A stretch of 38,758 nucleotides of DNA from a virus. The stretch lies in IMG/VR virus record IMGVR_UViG_3300040789_000013, one strand, 5' to 3'. Position 1 is the stretch's first letter. Each line of letters starts with the position of its first letter. The notes beneath the pieces are model-generated. The model did not search any database. It was not told the origin of the DNA and saw nothing but the letters and a program-made list of their open reading frames with translations. Positions 28,291 to 37,107 of the stretch are shown one piece after another. The position numbers were made by a program, and so were the translations under genes.

Positions 28291-30229
28291 GGTATCCGGT
28301 AAGCTGACCCCAGTCGAAAGAGACCTCGAGAGAACAGGTAAAAAAATGAGCTCACTCGGAAGAGACTTATCTCTCGGAGTGACTTTACCGCTGGCTCTCG
28401 CTGGTGGTGCGTTTGTTAAGGCTGCTGCTGACGCTGAGGAAACTGAAAACCGGTTCCAGCAGGTATTCGGTAGCCTGGCGGATGATGCTTCAGCGTTTGC
28501 AGATGACCTCGGAGAAGCCGTGGGTCGTTCTAGTATCAAGATTAAAGACGGTCTATCGACGTTTCAGTCGTTCGCTGTCGGTATGGGATTCGCTCGAGAG
28601 GAAGCGTCAGATATGTCGCAGTCTCTCTCTACTCTGGCTCTCGACTTCGCTTCCTTTAATAACATCTCTGACGGTGAAGCTCAGCAGCGATTTATTTCTG
28701 CTCTCTCTGGTTCCTCAGAAGTGCTCGACCGGTTCGGTATCAACATTAAGCAGTCAGCTCTCGACCTCGAGCTCCAGGCTCAGGGCTTTAACGTGTCAGC
28801 AGCTGAGGCTTCTGAGCAGCAGAAAGTAATCGCACGTCTCGCTATCATTATGCGAGCGATGACTGAGCAGGGAGCGGTCGGTGACGCTATCCGGACTCAG
28901 GACAGCTTCACTAACCAGATGAAGCGTCTTAACGATGCGTTTCTCGACTTCCGGGTCCAGCTAGGTCAGGACATTATCCCGGCACTGACAGGACTAGTAA
29001 CTGCTGCTGGTAATGCTCTCGAGAAGTTTAACGGTCTGTCTGACGGTACACGTAAGTCGATTATCGTATTCGCTACGTTCTTCGCTACACTCGGACCGGC
29101 TGCGTTTATTATTGGTAACATAACGAAAGCCTTTATCGCTCTTCGGACGGCTCTTATTGCTGCTCGTATCGCTTCCCTGGCTCTTCTCGGACCGTGGGGA
29201 CTAGTTATCGCTGCTGCTGCTGCCGTCGCTGGTGTCGTAGGCTTCTCACTGTTTAATGCTAATACAGCTGCTGCTAGTTCGACTGCTGAGCTCGAAGCTC
29301 AGATAGCAGCTCTCGCTCCGACACTTCCGGAAGCAGCTGCTGGAGCCGGAGCTCTCGGTGGAGCTCTCGGTGATATGGGTAATCAGGCAGCGGAGTCTGC
29401 TAAGAAAATCGAAGACCTCCGGGAGAAAACTCGAGACGTATTTAAAGATATGAACGCTGACGAAGCATCGTCGAAGCGTAACCTAGCTGAGGCTCTCGTC
29501 GAGCAGGAAGAGAAAGTATCTGACATTAAGAAGCAGCTTCGAGAGGAGGAGCGTAAAGATAAAGACGACCGGGATAAAGAAGAAATCCGACGCCTGGAGC
29601 AGGAGCTCGACCGAGAACGTGATGCTCTCCGGTCTGCTAAGTTTATCCGGGTACAGTTTGCAGAAGAAGTCGAGGAAGCTGAGCGTCGAGCTTCGCTGAC
29701 AGCGTTCGAGCGAGAAGTCGAGGATATTATGCGACGTCGGGCAGAACGTCTTAAGGCTCACCTACTCAGGCTTCAGGAAATCCAGGCTGAGATAGCAGCT
29801 GAGGAAGAAAAGAACCGTCGTATCCAGGCGAGCTTCGCTGCATCTCAGGCTGCTATGCGAGCTCAGTCTGAAGAGACCACGGATAAAGTCATCTTTGGTA
29901 TTAAGAAGCAGGAAGATGCGGTCGACAGTTTAATAAATGCGTTCGATGACCTTAATCGAACTGCTAACTCGACCCCAGCGTTCAGAGGCATCTCAGGAGC
30001 TCGAGCAAACGGTGGACCAGTGGGAGCCGGTCGCACGTACCTCGTAGGTGAACGTGGTCCGGAGCTGTTTACTCCTGGCGTCTCTGGTGGCATCACCTCA
30101 AACGAAGCTCTCCGGGGAGCTGGTGGCGGTTCTCCAGTCGTAAACGTCTACCTCGACAGTCGACCTATCGCTGCCAGAATTGAGTCTGGTATGGCTAAGA
30201 ATATCCAGCGACGTATCCGAACTACTTAA
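28244..30229 (+). CDS. tail tape measure protein
   Basis: 661 aa. It has a helical Ala-rich sequence, a hydrophobic central segment (IIVFATFFATLGPAAFIIGNI...LLGPWGLVIAAAAAVAGVVGF), long coiled coils, and a position after the G/GT pair. Confidence 0.85.
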   Translation: MAESRKLNIILDLVNKVSGKLTPVERDLERTGKKMSSLGRDLSLGVTLPLALAGGAFVKAAADAEETENRFQQVFGSLADDASAFADDLGEAVGRSSIKIKDGLSTFQSFAVGMGFAREEASDMSQSLSTLALDFASFNNISDGEAQQRFISALSGSSEVLDRFGINIKQSALDLELQAQGFNVSAAEASEQQKVIARLAIIMRAMTEQGAVGDAIRTQDSFTNQMKRLNDAFLDFRVQLGQDIIPALTGLVTAAGNALEKFNGLSDGTRKSIIVFATFFATLGPAAFIIGNITKAFIALRTALIAARIASLALLGPWGLVIAAAAAVAGVVGFSLFNANTAAASSTAELEAQIAALAPTLPEAAAGAGALGGALGDMGNQAAESAKKIEDLREKTRDVFKDMNADEASSKRNLAEALVEQEEKVSDIKKQLREEERKDKDDRDKEEIRRLEQELDRERDALRSAKFIRVQFAEEVEEAERRASLTAFEREVEDIMRRRAERLKAHLLRLQEIQAEIAAEEEKNRRIQASFAASQAAMRAQSEETTDKVIFGIKKQEDAVDSLINAFDDLNRTANSTPAFRGISGARANGGPVGAGRTYLVGERGPELFTPGVSGGITSNEALRGAGGGSPVVNVYLDSRPIAARIESGMAKNIQRRIRTT

Positions 30230-30231
30230 AT

Positions 30232-31878
30232 ATGTCTTTAGTACTCACAATTAACTCAGTAAATAGAACACTGGATATCGAGCAGGAAAGTCTGTCTCCA
30301 GAAATGACGCTGACTAAGGCTCCAGCGATTTTAGAGTTTTTCATTAAAGGTACGAAGTCGAACATCCCTACTCTGGGTCAGACAGTACTGCTATCAGAAG
30401 ACGGAGAAAATATCTTCCGAGGCACGATAACCGAGAGACTCGATACCGTGCTGGCTGGTCAGATGGTCCCTGGGTATCTCTTTACGTGTACTGACGGCTT
30501 TTATGAAATGGACCGACGTCTGGTCCAGAAAGCGTACAGTAATACTACTGCGACAGCTGTCGCTCAGGATATCGTCGATAACTTTATGACCGGCTTTACG
30601 CTGGATGCCCCTACTACTTCCCCACTTATTAATACTGCTCGCTTTAACTATGAGCAGCCTAGTCGCTGTCTGACAAAACTAGCGAACGAGGTCGGATGGG
30701 ACTGGTACGTCGATGCTGATAATGTGATTCACTTCTTCCCGGAAAGTAACGAGGTCGCTCCGTTTGAAATAACTGACGATAATGGAAATCTCGAGTTTCG
30801 GACCCTGGAGTTTGAGCAAAATGTAACAGAGCTACGTAATCGTGTATACGTGCGAGGTGGTCAGTATAGTGACCCTATCTCTGAAGATTTTGCTATCGAC
30901 CTCTACGAAGCGAACGGAGTCGACCAGACGTTTCCGCTTGTATATCGATACGAGAACGTCCAGGTCTCAGTTAACAAAGTAGCTCAGTCTGTCGGAGTCG
31001 ACTTTATTGACCAGTCTATCGGAGATTCTAGGAGCAGTGGTACAGCTGACAGTCTTTCTGCAAACCAGCTTATCGATTCTACTGCGACGTTCCAGACTGA
31101 CGGAGTGGCTCCAGGAGACCAGGTGCATAACACGACTGACGACTCGTATGCGATTGTAGTCTCTGTCGATAGCGAGACTGAGCTTACTCTTAATCGAGAT
31201 ATCTTCGATGATGGTAACGAAGAGTATCAGGTCAGAGAACGACTCCTGGACTGTCTCTATAACTTCCAGGAGAAGCTGGTCCGTTTCCCGGACGGCACGC
31301 TAGTACAGAACGACGTCTGTCGTGTGTTCGGTGATGCAAAAATCCCGCTAGTGGTCCAGGCTGAAGACCCGGACTCTATTGACCGGTACGGAGTACGTGA
31401 GGGTATCGAAATCGACTCGACTATCGACTCTATCGCTGAAGCTGAGCTCCTGGCGTTTGCTCGAGTGGACCAGTGGAAAGAGGGTTCTCGAGAGGGTACG
31501 TTTAAAACTCGTCGCAAGGGACTGCGAGTCGGTCAGACTATCCGGATTAACTCTGCAAAGTTCGGAGTAGATGACACGTATAAAATTAATAAGATACGAG
31601 GCTCGATGAACGGTCACGATGAGCTTATTTACGATATCGATTTTCTTAAGTCTGGTCAGACTACCTTTACTGATATCGTCGTGGGTCTTATCGGTCGCTC
31701 TCGAGAGGGTATTGAAATCTCTCCGAACGAAGTTATCCAGCGTTTCCGAAAGGTCGAAGAGGCTTTCAGTATGGCAGATGAGATAGTGGAGACATCCTTT
31801 ACGACTGGACCATACTTTTATGGTCCGACGACTGGAGGTAATGAGGAGGCACGATACAGCTTCTCGACGTATAGTTAA
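30232..31878 (+). CDS. distal tail / baseplate hub-like protein
   Basis: 548 aa, directly after the tape measure gene. The call rests on position and general resemblance to tail-component proteins. Confidence 0.5.
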   Translation: MSLVLTINSVNRTLDIEQESLSPEMTLTKAPAILEFFIKGTKSNIPTLGQTVLLSEDGENIFRGTITERLDTVLAGQMVPGYLFTCTDGFYEMDRRLVQKAYSNTTATAVAQDIVDNFMTGFTLDAPTTSPLINTARFNYEQPSRCLTKLANEVGWDWYVDADNVIHFFPESNEVAPFEITDDNGNLEFRTLEFEQNVTELRNRVYVRGGQYSDPISEDFAIDLYEANGVDQTFPLVYRYENVQVSVNKVAQSVGVDFIDQSIGDSRSSGTADSLSANQLIDSTATFQTDGVAPGDQVHNTTDDSYAIVVSVDSETELTLNRDIFDDGNEEYQVRERLLDCLYNFQEKLVRFPDGTLVQNDVCRVFGDAKIPLVVQAEDPDSIDRYGVREGIEIDSTIDSIAEAELLAFARVDQWKEGSREGTFKTRRKGLRVGQTIRINSAKFGVDDTYKINKIRGSMNGHDELIYDIDFLKSGQTTFTDIVVGLIGRSREGIEISPNEVIQRFRKVEEAFSMADEIVETSFTTGPYFYGPTTGGNEEARYSFSTYS

Positions 31879-31887
31879 TGCTACAAT
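31879..31887 (+). promoter_or_regulatory. extended -10-like box TGCTACAAT, 6 nt upstream of ATG 31894
   Basis: It shows leaderless-type spacing and is identical to the 9-mer at 7882. Confidence 0.4.
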
Positions 31888-31893
31888 GTCAGT

Positions 31894-32367
31894 ATGTTAG
31901 AAAGTTTTGCACTAAAAGGAGAGGTTAAATGGATTAAGACTCGAGGAGGTATTCTCGTCGCTGAGTCTCCCTGGATGCAGAACCAGATAGTCTCAGGCGA
32001 TGAGCTAGGACTATCTATTGTCCTCGACCGGCTGGCGTCTATCAATACTCATAGTCTGAACATAACGCACGCTGAAATGGGAGATAGTAATACACCAGCA
32101 GAAGCGTCTGATACGGCTCTCGGTAATGCTCTCGTTCGAGCTCAGGTCGGAGCTGTCAGCCGGTCAGGTCTGTCGGTAGATTTTCGATTCTTCTTTCCGG
32201 ATGCACTGACTCCGGATGACGACTATGAAGAGTTTGGTATGTATATCGATGGAGCTGCTGGACTAGAAACTGGACAGCTATTTAATCATCTTGTCTATAG
32301 TACGACACTCAGTAAAAATACTGGAGAAGACCATACTGTCGTATGTAGAGTCACTGGAAGCGTGTAG
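31894..32367 (+). CDS. hypothetical tail protein
   Basis: 157-aa ORF in the distal tail block. Confidence 0.5.
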   Translation: MLESFALKGEVKWIKTRGGILVAESPWMQNQIVSGDELGLSIVLDRLASINTHSLNITHAEMGDSNTPAEASDTALGNALVRAQVGAVSRSGLSVDFRFFFPDALTPDDDYEEFGMYIDGAAGLETGQLFNHLVYSTTLSKNTGEDHTVVCRVTGSV

Positions 32368-32373
32368 TATAAT
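32368..32373 (+). promoter_or_regulatory. -10 hexamer TATAAT, 6 nt upstream of ATG 32380
   Basis: It is a consensus hexamer with leaderless-type spacing and no TGn extension. Confidence 0.35.
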
Positions 32374-32379
32374 AATTTT

Positions 32380-33912
32380 ATGGCTAAGAAAGCACAACCA
32401 GACGTAACAGTAAGAGCTGACCACTTCATCCAAAACCAGGACCGAGACCCTGGAAACGATGACGGTCGAGTTCCGGTTCTCGAGGACGTAAGCGAACGTC
32501 TCCATAACTCGTTTATCGATTATCACTCTGGCGGAGATGGTTCCGACGGAGCTCTTAATGTTACTGGTGAGACTATTCTTAATGCTGGTCAGGTATACCA
32601 GTACACGTCTGTAACTATCGGAGCGACCGGTGTACTTAAGTTCGTCGGAGATGGTCCAGCTATTATTCTCTGTCAGGGAGATTTTACAATGGCAGCAGGA
32701 GGTGTTATCGATACTCGCTTCGCTGCTCTCGCTCCAGTGAACACTGCTCTTAATGGTTTTCTTTTCACTTCACGCCAGGCACGTCTAGCAAACGATACAC
32801 TCGGTCTCGGTGCTCCAGAAAATACTGGCGGTTTTACATACTCAGGACACGGCGGTAAGGGAGGTGATGACGGTACGACTGCTCCGAGCGATGGAGCTGG
32901 TGGTGCGAAAGGTATCTCGACCTCTACTGAAAATCAGCAAGCCGGACACGGTGGACCAGGTAATAACGGAAACGGTACGACCATCGGAGGCGGTGGTGGA
33001 GGAGGCGGTGGAGCCGAAGACGACATAAATAATAATGCGACTGCTGGTCAGACTGCTACGGATAAAAACGGTGGTGATGGTGGTGATGGCTCAGACTCAT
33101 CTGGTAACAGCGGAGGAAACGGTGGTAACGGCGGAGGCGGTGGAGCCGGTGTCGATGATGGTAACGGCGGTAACGGAGGTAACGGAGGTAACGGAGACGA
33201 CCGCAACTCTGGAGACGGTGGTCGTGGTGGAAACTCTGGACAGAACGGAGGTAATGGTGGTAATGGTGGAAACGGTCTCGATGGTGGTAACGGAGGCGAT
33301 GGCTTCGTGAACGGTGGTAACGGTGGTAACGGTTACTCTACTAATAACAACCGAGGACACGGAGGCGATGGTGGAGATGGTCGTACCGGAGTCGGAGGTA
33401 ATGGTGGAAACGGAGGCTCAGGCTTTAACGATGACGCTGGAGACGGAGGCGATGGTGGAAACGGAGGTATCAGTGGCGGTAATGGAGGAAGTGCGACAGA
33501 CGGCTCAGGTAGTGATGGTCCAGGTCCGCACGGAGGTAATGGTGGTAACGGAGTCAGTGGTATCGTTCCTCTTTATGTCGTCGTTCTCGGTAATCTGACG
33601 CTCGATGGTACTATCGAAGCTAAAGGAGGTGACGGTGGGGACGGAGGTATAGGTAGTACTGGAACCTCACCAGGGACTCACGGTGACGGTGGAAATGCTG
33701 ACGACGGTGGAGATGTTATTTTCCTCCATTATGGAAGCTACACTGATAACGGAGTAGTCATTAATAACCAGGGAGGTACTGGTGGAACGCCTGGCAATAA
33801 CGGAGCTCCGAGCATAAATATCTCAACTGGTGACGTAACTGTCCTCCCAGGACGATATGGTAAGGACGGTATCGACGGACGCACAATCATCACCACTCCT
33901 ATACTAGTTTAA
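32380..33912 (+). CDS. glycine-rich (GGN/GGD repeat) fibre or receptor-binding-like protein
   Basis: 510 aa. A beta-rich N-terminal domain is followed by about 190 aa of [17 protein letters not shown] repeats and then a beta-rich C-terminal domain. It is the last structural gene before the lysis cassette. Confidence 0.6.
   Translation: MAKKAQPDVTVRADHFIQNQDRDPGNDDGRVPVLEDVSERLHNSFIDYHSGGDGSDGALNVTGETILNAGQVYQYTSVTIGATGVLKFVGDGPAIILCQGDFTMAAGGVIDTRFAALAPVNTALNGFLFTSRQARLANDTLGLGAPENTGGFTYSGHGGKGGDDGTTAPSDGAGGAKGISTSTENQQAGHGGPGNNGNGTTIGGGGGGGGGAEDDINNNATAGQTATDKNGGDGGDGSDSSGNSGGNGGNGGGGGAGVDDGNGGNGGNGGNGDDRNSGDGGRGGNSGQNGGNGGNGGNGLDGGNGGDGFVNGGNGGNGYSTNNNRGHGGDGGDGRTGVGGNGGNGGSGFNDDAGDGGDGGNGGISGGNGGSATDGSGSDGPGPHGGNGGNGVSGIVPLYVVVLGNLTLDGTIEAKGGDGGDGGIGSTGTSPGTHGDGGNADDGGDVIFLHYGSYTDNGVVINNQGGTGGTPGNNGAPSINISTGDVTVLPGRYGKDGIDGRTIITTPILV
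32986..33560 (+). repeat. in-frame GGT AAC GGN-type low-complexity repeat encoding the Gly/Asn/Asp tract
   Basis: GGTAACGG(A/T)GG-like units are iterated. They generate long shadow ORFs in the other frames and on the opposite strand. Confidence 0.7.
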
Positions 33913-33923
33913 GCCTTACAGCG

Positions 33924-33932
33924 TGCTACCAT
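33924..33932 (+). promoter_or_regulatory. extended -10-like box TGCTACCAT, 6 nt upstream of ATG 33939
   Basis: It shows leaderless-type spacing at the start of the lysis cassette. Confidence 0.4.
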
Positions 33933-33938
33933 ATACGT

Positions 33939-34217
33939 ATGGATACGCTTAAAGGATTTTCAGTCGGAATAACCATCGGTGCTATCATCGGTGGTTATTT
34001 CGGGTATAACTACGGTCTTAAGGTGAGTGGTGAGAAAATGACTCGACCAGAGTTCCGGATAGTTTTTGCTAGTGTTGTACTGGCTATATGGGGTACTGCT
34101 CAGCTAATGGGTCTGCTTTTTAACACTGAAGTAGACCCCTGGCTTAATACCATTACTGGTATCGTAGTAGGATTCTTTTACGGAGATGGTATCGTAGAGA
34201 AGTATAAGGGTAAATAG
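33939..34217 (+). CDS. holin candidate (small protein with 3 hydrophobic segments)
   Basis: 92 aa with three TM-like stretches and a charged C-terminus (EKYKGK). It lies upstream of the endolysin. Confidence 0.45.
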   Translation: MDTLKGFSVGITIGAIIGGYFGYNYGLKVSGEKMTRPEFRIVFASVVLAIWGTAQLMGLLFNTEVDPWLNTITGIVVGFFYGDGIVEKYKGK

Positions 34218-34218
34218 T

Positions 34219-34710
34219 ATGGTACTTAATTTTTTACACGCTAAAAAATATGGCTTACTGGGAGCATTTATCGGAGGAGTAATCTTTACGATTTTACCGA
34301 TACTTATTAATGATGGTCTCAGTAACTGGGAAGAGCTTAAGATTCGATTATTTACTGACGTTACCGACGTCGTTCAGTACCACGAAGTCGTCCCTACAAA
34401 TAATCCGAACCCTCGAAAGGGAGAGTTATTTATGCGTTCATATGTTACCTGGTATCAGGCTGGCTGGGATGTGGAGTGGAACGACGTACTATTTTGTGAA
34501 GAGACTGGTTTTCAGTCTTCTCAAGTGACAAACCGTAATAATCATCAACCGGGTAAGCTAGGAGAGCGAGATATAAAGCCCTGGGTATACACTGCTCGAC
34601 TACCTAACGTAGCTAAAGAATGTTATATCGAAGCTACTATTACTGTCTGTAATATCGACGACATTTGTCTCCAGAAAACTATCGACAGCACTCCTATTTA
34701 TTTTAAGTAA
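34219..34710 (+). CDS. hypothetical protein with an N-terminal TM helix
   Basis: 163 aa. YGLLGAFIGGVIFTILPILI is a TM-like segment. It sits in the lysis cassette. Confidence 0.5.
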   Translation: MVLNFLHAKKYGLLGAFIGGVIFTILPILINDGLSNWEELKIRLFTDVTDVVQYHEVVPTNNPNPRKGELFMRSYVTWYQAGWDVEWNDVLFCEETGFQSSQVTNRNNHQPGKLGERDIKPWVYTARLPNVAKECYIEATITVCNIDDICLQKTIDSTPIYFK

Positions 34711-34712
34711 TG

Positions 34713-34721
34713 TGCTATCAT
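34713..34721 (+). promoter_or_regulatory. extended -10-like box TGCTATCAT, 8 nt upstream of ATG 34730
   Basis: It shows leaderless-type spacing. Confidence 0.4.
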
Positions 34722-34729
34722 ATAAACAT

Positions 34730-35896
34730 ATGAAAGCAAACCCTATCCACTACTACTGTCTAGTCGATAAGTCAGACAGAAACTGGAGGAGACGATTAAA
34801 AGCGTTCCAGAACGAGATGGAACGGACTCACTCGTGTACGTTCACAGTCGAGGGATTCGATGCTGAGAAAATTGAGTGGACTGACCGTCGAGAGCGACTG
34901 TATGCTTCTGACGATTTTGTTTTTTCTCACACGAACCGTATCTATAAAGAGCACGGTAAAAAAGTCGATGCGGTTAAGTTCTTCGTTTCAGAGGATAACT
35001 GGAAGCAGGGTAAGTATCGATTGAAAGGTTTTAAGCTCGGTCGTATTTTCGATGGTTACTACGTGACGTTTACCCGGCTACGTTACGCTAAAGATACCGG
35101 AGAGCACGAAGCTCTCCATCTCGTAGATGAGTACATTAAAGCGAACACTGGAGTCTCTCTCGAGGTAGTGTTTAAAGTCGATGACTTCGATGACGATATC
35201 GTTCACTCAGAGAAATACTGGAAAGACCAGGATTATAAATACGATGTAGTCTGGGATAAAATCGCTGACCATCTCAGTAACGCTGTCTACCAGCGACGCC
35301 AGGGGACGTTCACGAACCGTATCGCTATGATGCAGCTAGTGATTAAGTTACTGCTTCAGAAGATACAGTTACTCGAGTATAAGAGTAATTCTATTTATGA
35401 GGTGGAAATCCGGGAGCGTCATACGACTAAGTTTACTGACCGTCCGCTGCTAGCGGAGAACGCTATCATCGGTCATATTGACCTGGGGACTGAAGCCGGG
35501 ACCATTAACGAAATCCTTAATGGTACAAAGTCAGCCAGCTACCACTGGTATATCCCTCGTCACGCTAAGTATGTCATCGAGTTTGTACCGAAAGAAAAGA
35601 CAGCCTGGCACGCTGGACGTCTCAGTAATCCGGAAGCTGGGCTGGCTAAGCTCCTCGGTGGTCCGAACGAGCGTATCGAGTCCGGAGAGCCTAATAACTA
35701 TGCGTACGGGATCTGTTATGAGGGCATCGATGCAAACACTCCGCCTAATGATGAGCAGATCGATCTCGCTGCTCAGCTAATGCGCCGCAAAAAGATCCAC
35801 ACGCTCCCGGTGGTAGCACACTACCAGGTGACGGATTATAAGCCGCGCATCGTGTCGAGGTTTGTGGAGGGTATTAAAAAAATTGTAAACAAATAA
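34730..35896 (+). CDS. endolysin: C-terminal N-acetylmuramoyl-L-alanine amidase (Amidase_2/PGRP) with an N-terminal domain carrying HExxH
   Basis: The C-terminus shows IIGHID, SASYHWYIPR, TAWHAG, YAYGICYEG and VVAHYQVTDYK, the Amidase_2 pattern. The N-terminal domain contains GEHEALHLVDE (HExxH). The start is set at ATG 34730. Confidence 0.75.
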   Translation: MKANPIHYYCLVDKSDRNWRRRLKAFQNEMERTHSCTFTVEGFDAEKIEWTDRRERLYASDDFVFSHTNRIYKEHGKKVDAVKFFVSEDNWKQGKYRLKGFKLGRIFDGYYVTFTRLRYAKDTGEHEALHLVDEYIKANTGVSLEVVFKVDDFDDDIVHSEKYWKDQDYKYDVVWDKIADHLSNAVYQRRQGTFTNRIAMMQLVIKLLLQKIQLLEYKSNSIYEVEIRERHTTKFTDRPLLAENAIIGHIDLGTEAGTINEILNGTKSASYHWYIPRHAKYVIEFVPKEKTAWHAGRLSNPEAGLAKLLGGPNERIESGEPNNYAYGICYEGIDANTPPNDEQIDLAAQLMRRKKIHTLPVVAHYQVTDYKPRIVSRFVEGIKKIVNK

Positions 35897-35899
35897 TTT

Positions 35900-36163
35900 A
35901 TGGAGTCATTACTTTTGTTAGCGGTACCGATTATCGCCTCACTACTTACACAACTGGTAAAGTCTATCCAGTCGATAAAATTCTCGAGCGCTAAGTCAGC
36001 TATCCTCCGGGTAGTGGCCGCGACGCTCTCGTTTATCGGTGTGGTTATACTGAACATCGCTAATGGTGAGCCGGTGCCGCTCGATCAGATTAACGTCTAT
36101 GCAGAGGCCCTGGTCGCTTTTTTCGCCACTCAGGTACCGTACTGGTTAGCTAAAAACAAATAA
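35900..36163 (+). CDS. small membrane protein (holin/spanin-like)
   Basis: 87 aa with 2-3 hydrophobic helices. It is the last gene before a strong terminator. Confidence 0.5.
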   Translation: MESLLLLAVPIIASLLTQLVKSIQSIKFSSAKSAILRVVAATLSFIGVVILNIANGEPVPLDQINVYAEALVAFFATQVPYWLAKNK

Positions 36164-36177
36164 AGTCGACCACATAG

Positions 36178-36210
36178 AAAAAATCCCGGGTAACAATCCG
36201 GGATTTTTTC
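36178..36210. terminator. rho-independent (potentially bidirectional) terminator ending the late operon
   Basis: The stem is ATCCCGG / CCGGGAT with an 8-nt loop, flanked by an A6 run and a T6 run. Confidence 0.7.
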
Positions 36211-36345
36211 TCAGCTGTGGATCTCTAAAAAATAAATGTGTGTGATCCTAACCCGCTCTTTTCGAGCAAAATGTGTACCCGCAACGGCTCAACAGGTACA
36301 TTTATATAATACCAGATGAGTACGTACAGTTATTAACAGTATGTT

Positions 36346-36361
36346 AATATGATATCGTATT
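36346..36361. promoter_or_regulatory. AATATGATATCGTATT near-palindrome containing extended -10-like TGATATCGT (36350..36358), 6 nt upstream of ATG 36365
   Basis: It differs by one base from the perfect 16-bp palindrome at 38543. It shares the flanking GTTAATATGATATC with the 5978 copy. Confidence 0.4.
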
Positions 36362-36364
36362 ACT

Positions 36365-36646
36365 ATGGTATATTGTAAATATATGAAACGGCACGAAATC
36401 ATTTACGAGCTCGCTAAGTACGCTCATCCGTCGTGGTATCACGATCTACTGAGCTGGAAAACATGGCAGCTTAAAATTTTACTGGATTATTATAAAAGAG
36501 ACATCGCGGATAACTACCAGACTCATGTAGGTATTGATCTGGCCGCTGATATCGAGGAGGGACGACTTAAGGACACTCAAAGCGTCGCTAATGGTTTTGT
36601 AGAGGGTAAAGTACTCTACACTAAGTCTGAGCGCGTAGCAGAATAA
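36365..36646 (+). CDS. hypothetical early protein
   Basis: 93-aa ORF. An alternative ATG lies at 36383. Confidence 0.5.
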   Translation: MVYCKYMKRHEIIYELAKYAHPSWYHDLLSWKTWQLKILLDYYKRDIADNYQTHVGIDLAADIEEGRLKDTQSVANGFVEGKVLYTKSERVAE

Positions 36647-36650
36647 GAGT

Positions 36651-37025
36651 ATGGAGATCTGGAGACCAGTGCTCGAGTTCGAGAATCGATACGAGGTGAG
36701 CAATTATGGTCGGGTCCGGTCACTTGCTCGCTGTAACGAAAAGCTCAAACATATATGCTACCCGGAGCGGATGATGAAACTGCACGTACACACTAATAAA
36801 TATCAGGTGGTCTGGTTACGCCGGCCGGGAGTGCATAAAAAATTTTATGTGCATCGTCTGGTCGCGGTCGCGTTCCTGGATCCTGTCGACGGTAAAGACT
36901 ACGTTAATCACAAGGATAAGGACCGACTTAATAATCATATCGACAATCTCGAGTATATGACTCATCAGGAAAATTGCGACCACCGGGACGGTAAGTGTCC
37001 GCCAAACAATGACGAGCCGTTTTAG
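36651..37025 (+). CDS. HNH homing endonuclease (NUMOD4 + HNH_3 type)
   Basis: The N-terminus is IWRPVLEFENRYEVSNYGRVRSL (NUMOD4-like). The HNH motif is VHRLVAVAF...VNHKDKDRLNNHIDNLEYMTHQEN. Confidence 0.8.
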   Translation: MEIWRPVLEFENRYEVSNYGRVRSLARCNEKLKHICYPERMMKLHVHTNKYQVVWLRRPGVHKKFYVHRLVAVAFLDPVDGKDYVNHKDKDRLNNHIDNLEYMTHQENCDHRDGKCPPNNDEPF

Positions 37026-37028
37026 GAT

Positions 37029-37068
37029 CGCGCTCGATCTCTACGGTGGTCCCTGGAGATCGAGCGCG
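37029..37068 (+). other. perfect 13-bp hairpin after the HNH gene (no T-run)
   Basis: CGCGCTCGATCTC pairs with GAGATCGAGCGCG around a 14-nt loop. It may be a terminator, a processing site or a protein-binding site. Confidence 0.45.
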
Positions 37069-37107
37069 GCACTAAAGCCGCATTATCAGTTAAGCATATA
37101 GATCTAT

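Noticed and set aside
27889-28539. 216-aa - strand ORF antisense to the tail chaperone and tape measure genes; similar antisense ORFs at 14659..15192, 6997..7383, 17286..17699 and 16400..16786
   Set aside because: All are embedded opposite well-supported + strand genes. They encode Ser/Arg/Leu-rich sequences typical of antisense frames and have no promoter-like boxes.
33035-33598. Alternative-frame ORFs (33035..33310, 33314..33598) and antisense ORF 33097..33360, with Val/Thr/Met-rich products
   Set aside because: They are shadows of the GGT AAC GGN repeat in the glycine-rich fibre gene.
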